Assembly: GCA_963663965.2 (NCBI GenBank)
Contig: CAXXFK010000008.1
Location: 1-61,480 of the forward strand
Length of the DNA: 61,480 nucleotides
Direction: 5' to 3'
From: Sedimentisphaerales bacterium
GTDB lineage: Bacteria; Planctomycetota; Phycisphaerae; Sedimentisphaerales; SM23-30
Under the pieces are notes generated by a model. The model had not been told where the DNA came from. It was given only the letters and a program-made list of their open reading frames with translations, and did not search any database. Positions 19,999-30,186 of this stretch are shown here, piece after piece; within the stretch, counting starts at the first letter, position 1; every line of letters begins with the position of its first letter. A program made the translations under genes and the position numbers.

Positions 19999-21408
19999 TT
20001 AATTGTTAAAGGAAATACAACCCTCAATGCCCGGTTGGCTGCAGGTCAGCCAATCGTTGACTAGCCTGGCGAAATCGGCAATATTAACAATGCAGTCATG
20101 GTTGATATCGCCGGTGAAATAACCCCAGGCGCCACAATCATTCTCCAAAATGGTCACATCGACAAAGAAGGGTGGTAATGCCAGGTATTCACTGTCATTC
20201 GTTTCGAAGGTATGCCGCAGTCGCGTGGTGTGATTGGCTTCTTCAGCGAGGAGGTCGTCAATCGCCGTCAGGCTTATCGTTTGTGGAATGAACCAGTTGT
20301 CATAATCGAATAGCAATATTACCGGTGATACCATGACCTGCTGTGGAATGGAATCATTCTCAATGTTTACCTTTAATTCTCCGGCGGGCATTTTATCCAG
20401 AACTAATGTGTAATTTGCCTGGGTGGCCGAACCTTCCGCCACCACCAGATTTTCCATGCGGCTCAGTGTGAATCCGGCCCGGTCATCATCCCTGATCCAG
20501 ACCAGGTAGTCGGCGCTTGTCAGGCCGTTGTACATTGGATCATCGCTGGTAATGATGGCCCGGATCCCGGCAGATTCCATCCCTTCACTTACAGTATCGT
20601 CCACAGACTTTATCCGGATGGATTGGCCCGTGGACCAGTTTGAGGGTGTGAAAATCCGTTCGATGTGGCCGTCTGGGCCTGCTCCTTCCAATGTGATATC
20701 GTTGGAAGCGGGTGTCAGGAAAATGAAAACTTCCGATTGGGGTTGGGTACGCAAAGACAGTTGAACCTGCTCAGAGGAGGTAGTTCTTTCATCCAGGATC
20801 AGGGATTCTGAAGGAATGGAATAATTCAGTCCGCCGATAGTATCGTAAAACATCCGGACTACGTCGACGGACAGATACGTAGAATCGCCCTGGTTAGGGC
20901 CGGTAAATTGCACACCCAGGTAAGCGCCGGTATAGTCGGCATCCGCAGGCACCGTAAAGTGGTGTTCAAACGACTCCCAGTGATTGATTTGTAATACCGA
21001 AAAGGTAAAGGTTTGTGCGGCGATCACTTTTCTGACACCGGAGCCATCGTCAGCATAAAGCTGGGCGGTTACGGAGACCGGTAAATTTAAAAAGGTACTG
21101 GAATCAAAGGTCAGGGTATAGATATTACCGGCTCGAATGACATGGTCGGTTCGGTTGAATACGAGGGTGGAGTCTTCCAAAGAGATGCGACACTCGCCAT
21201 TACCGGCAGCGGTCTGGCCATCCGAAATGATCTGGCCTCCGCCATCCCAGCCGGGCACTCCCGGATCACTGACCGATTGCCGAGAGTTATCCTCCGGACC
21301 GATCGTATGGATTTCGCCACTGAAGTTGATCACTGGTATTTCCACCGGGGTTGCTGACATGGGCTGGATCAACCAAAAGAACAGAATACAAAACAGTCCT
21401 CTTTTCAC
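19999..21408 (-). CDS. Secreted protein with CBM-like N-terminus, two Calx-beta/Ig-like repeats and dockerin-like tail
   Basis: Signal peptide; repeats FTPSNWSTGQSI..VDD..SEG and FDYDNWFIPQTI..IDD..AEE; terminal GDINHDCIVNIADF..DWL. Confidence 0.7.
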   Translation of the reverse strand: MKRGLFCILFFWLIQPMSATPVEIPVINFSGEIHTIGPEDNSRQSVSDPGVPGWDGGGQIISDGQTAAGNGECRISLEDSTLVFNRTDHVIRAGNIYTLTFDSSTFLNLPVSVTAQLYADDGSGVRKVIAAQTFTFSVLQINHWESFEHHFTVPADADYTGAYLGVQFTGPNQGDSTYLSVDVVRMFYDTIGGLNYSIPSESLILDERTTSSEQVQLSLRTQPQSEVFIFLTPASNDITLEGAGPDGHIERIFTPSNWSTGQSIRIKSVDDTVSEGMESAGIRAIITSDDPMYNGLTSADYLVWIRDDDRAGFTLSRMENLVVAEGSATQANYTLVLDKMPAGELKVNIENDSIPQQVMVSPVILLFDYDNWFIPQTISLTAIDDLLAEEANHTTRLRHTFETNDSEYLALPPFFVDVTILENDCGAWGYFTGDINHDCIVNIADFARLVNDWLTCSQPGIEGCISFNN

Positions 21409-21478
21409 GGTTCTACCTCAATGATAAGGATTCGTATAAACGAATGAGCAATGATTGATTGAATAGTATTATCAAGTT

Positions 21479-21514
21479 AAAAGGGAGGAACCTTGGCCGG
21501 CTCCTCCCTTTTTT
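21479..21514. terminator. Rho-independent terminator (bidirectional appearance)
   Basis: aaaagggaggaacc-ttggcc-ggctcctcccttttt, immediately after the stop of 21536..23479. Confidence 0.7.
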
Positions 21515-21535
21515 GTCGCATTGATGACTATGAGC

Positions 21536-23479
21536 CTATTGACATTCGATTGCCGGCGCTATGCCGCAATCCAGCCAGCCTTCCACGAACAGTATGAAAT
21601 CCTGCACATCGACAGTACAATCCTGGTTGAGATCCATCTCCGGAATTTCCACGCATAACTCGCCACCCATAATGTCGACATACATCTGGCCGATTTGCTC
21701 ATTTGGCAAAGCGTAATTCCAGATCCGCAACTCGTCCAGTAACCCGTCATAATAGGCTTCGGTATCCAGACTGGCGCGGCCGAACACCAAAGGACTGGCA
21801 GTCTCGGCGTACCCATTGACTGAGTCAGCCAATTTCGATTCCAGGATACCATCCGTATAGAGACGGATCTCGTTGTTCTCCGGACTGTAAGCGCCGATTA
21901 CCAGATGCCAGGCGTCATCCGCCAAAACGGTCGTGCCGGTGGCGGACTGCGAGGCATTAAAAAGTGGATCACGCATTGTCAATTGCCCCAGCGCGCCGCC
22001 GTTCTTGCCAAACACAAAACCTTCATACGGTGAAATGGCTCGCTGCTGCTTGGCGGCAAAAGCGCCCCAGCCGATCTGATCGGTTTTCACCCAGGCGGCT
22101 ACAGTAAAGCCCAGCGGATAGAAGTTGAAGTAGTCCGTGCTGTCGCCCACCAGTACGATTTCACCGTCGCCCCACTGATCCAGTGCGCTGGTATCGCCCA
22201 GAATACCCGTGGCAAAGTTGGGATCACCCGATTCCAGACCGTCCAGTACCATCACACCGTCATGCGCCGGCGCACCCGGAATTTCCAACTGTACCGAATC
22301 GGCCAGATTGGATTCAAACTGCCACCAGCCCACCAGACGCCGCGTCATCACCCGCGCCGGAGCTGAAATCTCCATATCGCCGTCGTTATTACTTACAACA
22401 CAATAATACCAACCTTCGTTTGCCAGTTGCACATTCTCAAGTCTCTGCGAGGCAGCTGTACCCAGGGGTATGTCGCTTTCGGGTGTCGTATCTGTATCGG
22501 TGGAAAAATACCACTGATAGGAGGTGATATTCAGGCCTTCCACCCATAGTTGGGCAGACTGGCCCGCCTGGACAATCTGGCCGGCCGGTTGAATCAGAAT
22601 CTCCGGCTTCAGGGATTCAGTACTGAAAACCCAGGTCGGACCAGGATTCACGATGTCCGGCCCAGGGGCATTCGGTTCATAGGTGTCTACCCGCCAGTAA
22701 TAGGTGGTTTCGTATGCCAGCGTAGGATCATACGGACTTGTCGCCGGATCGACGGCAATGGTTCCGGCATCAGTCCAGTTGGGATCGTTCGCACGCAGAT
22801 ACAGCACCTGCTTGGTGGGACTAAAGGTCATCCCGGACGTTGGTTCCCATTCCAATAGCGTTTCCACCGGCACACGAGTTGCCTCATTGGCCGGCGTTAC
22901 CGGTGCAACCAGAAGATCGGTTTCAAGAACTACATTGTCGATGCCTTGGAACAAATCGTAACCTGTCAAGCGCAGACCGATTGGTTTGCCGATATAAGCG
23001 GCCCCGGACTCGGCGACAAACTCCGCCGCACCCGATTCCCACACACTGGTGTCGGCATCGCTGCAGGTTACCGTGAGGGACCATCCGGGAATGTCCACCG
23101 CGGTTAATCCATCCATATAAAATAATTGGCCGATAAAACCGCGCCCCGCGACGGCCGCGTTCACGTAGAACTTGAGCGTATAGGTTTTGTTCGCGGCCCA
23201 CAGATAGTCGGTTACCTGGCTCATGCCGGAGGTATTGTTGCCGGCCCAACCGCGCCACTCGCCGTCCTGAGCATTGGAGTTGAAATTACTATTCGCAACA
23301 CCTCGGCTGGTGCCAAAATAGCTCCAGAAATCGGCAATGGGCCAATTGACGGTATCGCCATCTGTGTTTACATTGTGCTCAAAACTGCCGTTTTTCAAAA
23401 GCTGCTCCGCCGGCAGCAGGCTCACACAGAATCCCAGTATTAAAGCAATCTTCATCAAGCGGTTTCGTGTCATATTCAT
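21536..23479 (-). CDS. Secreted CBM-like + FN3-like + Ig + LamG protein with dockerin-like tail
   Basis: Signal peptide; NGSFE; YYWRVD; YQWY...EGWYYCVV Ig motif; WHLV...GLLDELRIWNYAL LamG; DLNQDCTVDVQDF..GWL. Confidence 0.8.
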   Translation of the reverse strand: MNMTRNRLMKIALILGFCVSLLPAEQLLKNGSFEHNVNTDGDTVNWPIADFWSYFGTSRGVANSNFNSNAQDGEWRGWAGNNTSGMSQVTDYLWAANKTYTLKFYVNAAVAGRGFIGQLFYMDGLTAVDIPGWSLTVTCSDADTSVWESGAAEFVAESGAAYIGKPIGLRLTGYDLFQGIDNVVLETDLLVAPVTPANEATRVPVETLLEWEPTSGMTFSPTKQVLYLRANDPNWTDAGTIAVDPATSPYDPTLAYETTYYWRVDTYEPNAPGPDIVNPGPTWVFSTESLKPEILIQPAGQIVQAGQSAQLWVEGLNITSYQWYFSTDTDTTPESDIPLGTAASQRLENVQLANEGWYYCVVSNNDGDMEISAPARVMTRRLVGWWQFESNLADSVQLEIPGAPAHDGVMVLDGLESGDPNFATGILGDTSALDQWGDGEIVLVGDSTDYFNFYPLGFTVAAWVKTDQIGWGAFAAKQQRAISPYEGFVFGKNGGALGQLTMRDPLFNASQSATGTTVLADDAWHLVIGAYSPENNEIRLYTDGILESKLADSVNGYAETASPLVFGRASLDTEAYYDGLLDELRIWNYALPNEQIGQMYVDIMGGELCVEIPEMDLNQDCTVDVQDFILFVEGWLDCGIAPAIECQ

Positions 23480-23529
23480 GGCTATTCTCCTAGTATTTAT
23501 TATCTGAAGTTATGGCAAATAAACAACGT

Positions 23530-25509
23530 TTATTGAGGTTGACCTACCCGATTGGACTCCAGCCAGTTTCGTGTGAACCAGGCCAGATCGTACAGATCCA
23601 CTACGCAATCCGGAACACCTTCCGGTCCGGTGAAATCGTACGCCGGGTTTGCCACGCAGCGGCTGATACCGCTCAAATCGTAGTAGTCTTCGACCACCTG
23701 ATATTCAGTACGGGCATAATTATAAATACGGATATCATCCAGCTGCCCATGGAACAGCGTTGGATTAGACAGGTCATATCGCCCGATATAGATCGGCGCG
23801 TTAACGTTGTTATCCGCGACCCAGAGATTACGATGCCATTTTTGCTCACTGTTGACATACAGGGTATAGCCCACGCCATCGACCACAAATTCGACATGAA
23901 TCCATTCATCCGACGGCACGTAATAGCCGGTCAATTCGTCACTACCAGTACGCGTGGCAGCCAGGCGTACCTGCCCCGAGGCTATTTCCAGGGTCCAGCG
24001 GTTCAAGTCTACGGTATACCCATCGCGTTTACAGATAACCGGATCGGAGGTGTCACTGCCATCCCATTTCAGCCACAAACTGATGGTCATTTCGTCGCCG
24101 TAATCAAAGGTATCCCAAGCGCCGGCGGTAGCCCAGTTGCTGTCGTCCACTTGCACCGCGCCGTTTTCCAGGCCGTCCGCGCCGGGAACAAAAGTCGCCG
24201 TTGCCCCGTTAATCGCTGCGTCACGGCTGTGACCGCTGATATCGGTATGGCTGCCGTCGGCAAAATCGCTCTGATTCAGCGTCCAGTACGCGTCCCGCGT
24301 CTTGACACCCAGCATGGCTTTTTCGCTTTCGGCGGTCTGACCGTTACTGTCCAGTGTTACCACGCAGAAATACAGACCCTCGTTGGCTTCCTGAATGTCC
24401 GGAAGCACCAAATCAGAGGCGCTGTCGCCCACGGGGGTTTCCGTTGTACCGTCGTTCCAGTACCACTGATAACTCAGGCCGGTACTGTCATTGGTATAAG
24501 GATTGCGCGCTGCCAGCGAAATCACCGGATCACTGCCCGGATCAGCCAGTTGATCCAGTGGATTGCGGTCTATTACCGGACTGGGTGGTACGGTACCAAA
24601 GCGCCAGACCAGACCTTCATTAACAATATCCGGCCCGGTAGTATTGGGCTCGTAGGTATCCACTCGCCAGTAATAAGTCGTACCCAGCTGGAAATCCGGA
24701 TCGGGCGTCACCGGGCTGGTTGCCGGATCGATGACCACGGTATTGGGCTCGCTCCAGTTGGTATTGTCCCCTCGATAATACAATACAAATTTGTTGGGTG
24801 TATAGCCGGCTGTGACTTCATCAAAACTCCAGGCAAGTTCCTGGTTTACCGGGATGTTTTTGGCTTTGTCGGCGGGCTCAATTAAATCAGGTACAATCCC
24901 TTCAACCAGCAAAATATCATCCAGATAGATGAAATCACAATTGGTTGGCTTGTAGAAATACAACTGGGCCAATTGGCCGTCGACTCCGGCGGCGGCAATT
25001 TCTGCTCCGGTTAAAGTCGCCTTGCCCGTATTCCATTTATTCAATTGGGGAGTCAGGTAAATGGCGGGTTTGATCAAAGTGCTAATGTTGTCGGACCAGG
25101 CCCGCAACATGACTTGAAAGTTCGCGGCCGGGTAGGAATGATCCGTTGAACCATGCCTGAACAGCAGTGTATAGTTCTTGTTTTGATCCCATTTGACATT
25201 CCCGATTATGTAACGAATCGAGACATCGTCGTAGGCATAACCGGTTCGTAACGAATAGCCGGTGGGATTGCCGGAACCATCGGTGCCTTCCGGCGTGGTG
25301 GTTAGCAGATTTGAGCCGTCATGTTTGACTGAAACGCATGACGCCGCCGCGTTTTCCGAACCGCAATACCATTGATTCTCCACCGGCGCGGTATTATTGT
25401 TCGGATTGGGAGCCGATTCAAAATCTTCCTCAAACAGGATGATCTGGCCGTTGGCTTGAATTGCGACCATAACCCACATCAGCAGGAATACCAACAATCT
25501 GTTCTTCAT
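23530..25509 (-). CDS. Secreted FN3-like + Ig + LamG protein with dockerin-like tail
   Basis: Signal peptide; YYWRVD; SYQWY...EGLYFCVV; FHGQLDDIRIYNYA; DCVVDLYDL..NWL; RBS aaggag. Confidence 0.8.
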   Translation of the reverse strand: MKNRLLVFLLMWVMVAIQANGQIILFEEDFESAPNPNNNTAPVENQWYCGSENAAASCVSVKHDGSNLLTTTPEGTDGSGNPTGYSLRTGYAYDDVSIRYIIGNVKWDQNKNYTLLFRHGSTDHSYPAANFQVMLRAWSDNISTLIKPAIYLTPQLNKWNTGKATLTGAEIAAAGVDGQLAQLYFYKPTNCDFIYLDDILLVEGIVPDLIEPADKAKNIPVNQELAWSFDEVTAGYTPNKFVLYYRGDNTNWSEPNTVVIDPATSPVTPDPDFQLGTTYYWRVDTYEPNTTGPDIVNEGLVWRFGTVPPSPVIDRNPLDQLADPGSDPVISLAARNPYTNDSTGLSYQWYWNDGTTETPVGDSASDLVLPDIQEANEGLYFCVVTLDSNGQTAESEKAMLGVKTRDAYWTLNQSDFADGSHTDISGHSRDAAINGATATFVPGADGLENGAVQVDDSNWATAGAWDTFDYGDEMTISLWLKWDGSDTSDPVICKRDGYTVDLNRWTLEIASGQVRLAATRTGSDELTGYYVPSDEWIHVEFVVDGVGYTLYVNSEQKWHRNLWVADNNVNAPIYIGRYDLSNPTLFHGQLDDIRIYNYARTEYQVVEDYYDLSGISRCVANPAYDFTGPEGVPDCVVDLYDLAWFTRNWLESNRVGQPQ

Positions 25510-25565
25510 AACATTTCTCCTTTATTATAGAAGTGTTTATCAGCCATTTCATTGTGGCTAAAAAT

Positions 25566-27194
25566 TTATTCCAAGGCGGACTGGTAGAGCCGCCGTATTT
25601 CTTCTTCAGTCAGAGGACGATCAAAAAAAGCGATTTCACTGACCGCCCCGGTAAATCTTCGAAGATCAGGTTCTTGAGAGATGTCAGTTGGCAGCAGACC
25701 CAGATATAGTGAATTGAAAAAGTTCGCGCCATCTCCCGCAAAGGCTTCCGTTGAGGCTTTCTGGCCATTGATGTAGAAATATTTGCCGCCGTCTTTTACC
25801 GCACTGCATACCACGTGGCACCAGGTTGATTCTGTCAGCGGAGTGAGAGTGACAAACTGGGTGCTGGACAGATTGTGAAGGTATTCCACGATCTGGCCGG
25901 ATTCGTTAAATATTAAATATCTGGGAGCGTTGCCAGGAATCTGACTCATGATCAGCTGCTTTCCTTGCGGTTTTCCTGGTTTGATCCAGAACGAAATCGA
26001 AAAGCCGCTGCTGATAATGACTTTCCTGGGATCAGCAATAATATTATCGAAACGAAGCGTGTCTTGGTCATTTTCCAGTTTTATCCCGATCCCAGTTCGG
26101 TTGCCCCCCAGTGGCGGTCCTGCGACCAGGGCAATATCGCCCTGATATTGGTAATCGATGCCGTCAAGAGTGACGAGGTTGGCCGGGGTTTTTCGCCAAT
26201 TGTCCTGCGATCTTAGATAAAAAAGCGGGTTTAATTGCATGGTCGCGATCTGATAGGGCGCCGGTACGTCCCGGGTAAAGCGCATCCCATCGAATGGAAT
26301 GGATTGCACCGTACCGCTGGAATCGATCTGGCCGCTTAACCGTTCGGTTAGTTTCAGGCTCGCGCCGTGATAGACCGGATCTGTTCCCGCCCTCAGATCG
26401 ACCGTCCCTTCGTATACATGGGCGCTAGTTTGGCCGGTTTCCAATACCTCAACACCAAATTCTGTACCGTAATCCACAACAGTGGCATTCGGGGTTCGTA
26501 CCAGAAAGTTATTAGTTTTACCTGCAATCCGGGCAGTCAATTTTCCCTGTTCCAGGAATATTCGATCCTCCGATTCTATCTGAAACCGCGCAGGGCCTTC
26601 AACAACCACCCGAGCCCCTTCAACGAAGCTAAGTTCAACAAATCCTGTCAACAGGTAACGCGTTTCACCTTGACGAAGTAAGGCCCCTGGTTTATCTGGA
26701 AAATTATCAGTCCATTGGACCGACTGGGCTTTGGTGATTCGAGCGACCGTGGGAATCGAATTTCGTGGATTGAATTCGATATATAGTATCAGGATAAGCA
26801 AGGCTGCGAATGATAGCAATGCCGGCATGAACGATTGGCGTTTGATGGGCCGGATTGGCTCGGATAGTCTGGCCGGAGGTGGGATCGGGTTCGGCTCTTC
26901 TTGAGGTTGGGGAGGGGCGGTCCGTTCAAGTTCAGCCAGGTCCGCCCAGAAGTCGCCAGTTGTTGCTGTGTTAAAAAAAGATTCGTAATTATTCAGTTCC
27001 GGGTAATCTTTAAACTCGTTTAAAGCCAAATGGATATCGATAAAATCGGAATAAAACCGCATCATCCGGGGGCTGCTTTTCAATATCCGGTTAATGGCGG
27101 TAATATCATTCTGGTCGGCTTCGCCTTCCAACGCTTTGATCAGAAGATCGCGAAGCCTAATCATAGATGAATCGTGCGTGTTCATGGAGTTCAT
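25566..27194 (-). CDS. FecR-type anti-sigma factor with C-terminal LamG domain
   Basis: Single TM (ALLSFAALLILILYI); FecR motifs GARVVVEGPARF, FLVRTPNATVVDYGTEFGV, HVYEGTV; C-terminal FTGAVSEIAFFDRPLTEEEI; overlaps the sigma stop. Confidence 0.88.
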   Translation of the reverse strand: MNSMNTHDSSMIRLRDLLIKALEGEADQNDITAINRILKSSPRMMRFYSDFIDIHLALNEFKDYPELNNYESFFNTATTGDFWADLAELERTAPPQPQEEPNPIPPPARLSEPIRPIKRQSFMPALLSFAALLILILYIEFNPRNSIPTVARITKAQSVQWTDNFPDKPGALLRQGETRYLLTGFVELSFVEGARVVVEGPARFQIESEDRIFLEQGKLTARIAGKTNNFLVRTPNATVVDYGTEFGVEVLETGQTSAHVYEGTVDLRAGTDPVYHGASLKLTERLSGQIDSSGTVQSIPFDGMRFTRDVPAPYQIATMQLNPLFYLRSQDNWRKTPANLVTLDGIDYQYQGDIALVAGPPLGGNRTGIGIKLENDQDTLRFDNIIADPRKVIISSGFSISFWIKPGKPQGKQLIMSQIPGNAPRYLIFNESGQIVEYLHNLSSTQFVTLTPLTESTWCHVVCSAVKDGGKYFYINGQKASTEAFAGDGANFFNSLYLGLLPTDISQEPDLRRFTGAVSEIAFFDRPLTEEEIRRLYQSALE

Positions 27195-27739
27195 TTCTCA
27201 GTTGCCATTTTATGTCTGACACAATGCAATAGATTGGAATGAATCCGACCAATCGTCCGGTATAAGCTCTGAGTGGTACGATTGGTTAATTCCGCGATTT
27301 GTTTGACTTTCAAATTATTGATATATCTCAGGGTGACCATCTGGTAGTCCTGATCGGTCATTTTTTTCAAGCAATCTTGCAGATAAGATAAGTAGTTCTG
27401 GGTTAAATCACTTTGCCTGAACTCAAGTTTATGCAATCCGTCAAATACTTCATCATCCAGAATTAACAAGGGTTTCCGGGCACGGTAACGCAAGATATTG
27501 AAATGGGCGATTCGTAATGCCCAGGCCAGAAAATTGGAGCCAGGAATGAACGTGTTGATTTTTTTCCACATCACAGATGTTGTTTCCTGGAGCAGGTCAT
27601 CCGCGTCGTGGCCGTTGAGCACCAATTTCAGGATATATGCGTATATCTTTCTTTGGTGGACGGTTAGCAGATGAATGAATTCATCAGGACTTAATCGAGA
27701 TGGTTCATTTTTATTCTGTCCGGTATTTTTCTCTATCAT
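27191..27739 (-). CDS. ECF RNA polymerase sigma-70 factor (Rhodopirellula/Verrucomicrobium type)
   Basis: DADDLLQETTSVMW, NFLAWALRIAHF region 2; LRY...IAE...RIHSNLLHCV region 4. Confidence 0.92.
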   Translation of the reverse strand: MIEKNTGQNKNEPSRLSPDEFIHLLTVHQRKIYAYILKLVLNGHDADDLLQETTSVMWKKINTFIPGSNFLAWALRIAHFNILRYRARKPLLILDDEVFDGLHKLEFRQSDLTQNYLSYLQDCLKKMTDQDYQMVTLRYINNLKVKQIAELTNRTTQSLYRTIGRIHSNLLHCVRHKMATEK

Positions 27740-28425
27740 TGACGGGTGACCTTAGGAACCGTTCATCAATAAATACTTCATTTCTCATCCCATCTTGCTA
27801 CCATCTTCAGCCGCTTCTCCATCGCGAAATCCTCGACATAGAACCGCTATGCCTGCGGTTTCGCTCAATCGGCGCGACTGAATCTGACAACAAGCTGTGC
27901 GATAAATGCAGCATTTATTTATGGACGGCTCCTTAGAGATTTAACGATCATGCATCCATATGCTATTATAACACCAGAGTTTTACCAAAAAAACCAACAG
28001 GAATAATTCAAAAATTATTATCCTTGTCCCGGATTCATGTTTGACGTGTGAGGATTCGTGACGTAACTGTCTGGAATATAATGAAATACAGGCAATCAGT
28101 CCGTTGCGTGATCTAGCGCCACCGACACCCTTTTAACCTGTAATTCAAGTATAAGAGCAGAATAAACACTATCTTGCATTGTCATGCTCATCCAGAAACA
28201 GCCCAATTCTGGGATCCACCTACCGTTGGTTATATGATTTGACGAGGAGGAAACGGTTTGCGTCCGCTGACTTTTTGTGGTTCAAGCCTGGCTGACGGTT
28301 TGTTGTTATACTGCTTACAATTGAAAATGCCCGCCAGACCGTGATATAAGTTCTACACCAGTAAAACTTATCTTGCGAGCGATCAGGGATTTTCCTGCCC
28401 ATTGGGTATAAGTTGGAACCAGCTT

Positions 28426-28462
28426 AAAAAAGGCCGTTGCCTCTTTTGTGAAGCAACGGCCT
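28426..28462 (-). terminator. Rho-independent terminator of the oxidoreductase gene
   Basis: Stem aggccgttgc/gcaacggcct, with an A-run on the + strand (U-tract on the - strand). Confidence 0.8.
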
Positions 28463-28486
28463 GAATAAATCTGAGATAAAAAGCGC

Positions 28487-29884
28487 TTAGACTTTCATTT
28501 CCAGCGGGCCCCAGCCTTTACGCGGTTCACGCCAGGCCAGATCGTTGATCTTCGGATCATTGATGATCTTGCCTTCTTCATTCAATACCAGCTTCTTGCC
28601 GGCGCGGGCGCACAGGTTGCCGAGTTGAATATTGGCGGTCATCGGACCGGCGTAGCCAAAGTTTGACTGGCTGAATTCACGCGGTTTTTCGCCGCGGCAG
28701 GCCATGAAGAATTCCGCGTGGTGTCCGGGAGAGCGTTCGAGCAGTTGTTTGGGTTTGCCGAACTCTTTATGCCGGGCGGTTGGAATCAACTGAGAAATAT
28801 TCCAGTAGTCATCATTAACCAGCATCTTGCCCTTGGTACCCACGACCAGGTTACCGGTTCTGGGCAGCTCACGACCGTCAACTTTCAGTTCTTCGGGCGT
28901 TTCGGGCATATATGGTTTGTCATTTTTGTCTTTGCCTTCGTACCAGAAGGTGGTAAAGCCTGGACGGCCATTCCTGGCACGATAGGTACTTTTAATGACC
29001 ATACCCAACGGCCACTGATCAGTAACCGGTCCAGTCATGATAATTGGCTCTGCCGTGGCGGCATAGCCCGGATCCATGATCGCGTAGATGCCATCGGTGG
29101 TGTGACAGGCCATATCGCCCAGAGCGCCTGAACCGAAATCAACGAAGCCGCGCCAGTTAAAGGAGTGGTACGGGCCATTTTTGTCTTTGCTGCCATCTTT
29201 GGGACCGGCATAAGGGCGCCACGGCGCAGCCCCGATCCAGGCTTCCCAATCCAGGGTGCTGGGTACCGGGGTGGTCCAGTCCGGGCGATCGCCGCCTTGC
29301 GGCCATACCGGGCGATTGGTCCAGGTATGGAATTCGACAATATCGCCCAGGGCGCCGGCTTTGACATATTCGTACGCCAGTCGCCAGCCATTGCCGGCGT
29401 GACCCTGGTTACCCATCTGGGTGACCACCTTGGGATTTTTGGCATAGGCGGCAGCCAGCAACTGAGCCTCGCGGACCGACCAGGTCAGCGGCTTTTCCGT
29501 ATAGCAATGAATGCCCATGGAAACAGCCGTCATGGATGGGGCGAAATGGGTGTGGTCCGGGGTAGCGACGAAAATGACATCCAGATCCTTGCCATGATTT
29601 TCAAAGACTTTACGCCAATCGGTATAACCGGCGGCTTCTTTCCAGCCTTCTTTACCATGTACGCCACCCCAGCGGGTTTTGTCTACTTCGGCAAAAGCAA
29701 TACACTGGAGTCCTGCCTTATGAGATTCATCGGTATGAGCTCCGGCCCGGCCGCCTACGGCAATGAATCCAACCTGGAGTTTTTCATTAAGTCCCTGGGC
29801 CCGGATCAGGCTGGGAAATCCCACCGCGCACCCCATACCAATGGCAGTACGCTTGACAAACTGACGGCGAGTAATCTTTGACAT
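28487..29884 (-). CDS. Tat-exported Gfo/Idh/MocA family oxidoreductase
   Basis: TRRQFVK Tat motif; VATPDHTH; YTEKPL; TQMGNQG; GALGDMACH. Confidence 0.92.
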   Translation of the reverse strand: MSKITRRQFVKRTAIGMGCAVGFPSLIRAQGLNEKLQVGFIAVGGRAGAHTDESHKAGLQCIAFAEVDKTRWGGVHGKEGWKEAAGYTDWRKVFENHGKDLDVIFVATPDHTHFAPSMTAVSMGIHCYTEKPLTWSVREAQLLAAAYAKNPKVVTQMGNQGHAGNGWRLAYEYVKAGALGDIVEFHTWTNRPVWPQGGDRPDWTTPVPSTLDWEAWIGAAPWRPYAGPKDGSKDKNGPYHSFNWRGFVDFGSGALGDMACHTTDGIYAIMDPGYAATAEPIIMTGPVTDQWPLGMVIKSTYRARNGRPGFTTFWYEGKDKNDKPYMPETPEELKVDGRELPRTGNLVVGTKGKMLVNDDYWNISQLIPTARHKEFGKPKQLLERSPGHHAEFFMACRGEKPREFSQSNFGYAGPMTANIQLGNLCARAGKKLVLNEEGKIINDPKINDLAWREPRKGWGPLEMKV

Positions 29885-30186
29885 AATTGTAACTTCCTTA
29901 TCTTAAGTGAATAAAACTAATGAAAAATGGGGTTATTCTCTTTTGTGTTAATCCTTTAGGTGATCTCGAAAATGAAGATTTATACCAGTAAAATACAAAA
30001 AACGGCTGGATATTGCAAATTTATAAAAAACATTAAAATTTATCCACGGATTTTAATGGATTAAAATTTGTAACTTGTTTTTAAATAATTGTTTACGAAT
30101 TATTTAGTCAAGCATTTGCGTTTTAGCAAATGACAGATCTCAGGGCGTGGATTCGCAGCCCGACGAGTGGAATGGGGTATTTTGTT

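Noticed and set aside
28220..28310. Possible c-di-GMP-I riboswitch on the minus strand (caaacc...ggacgcaaa)
   Set aside because: Only short sub-motifs match; I could not build the GNRA-capped P2 or a convincing P1/P3. An Infernal scan would settle it.
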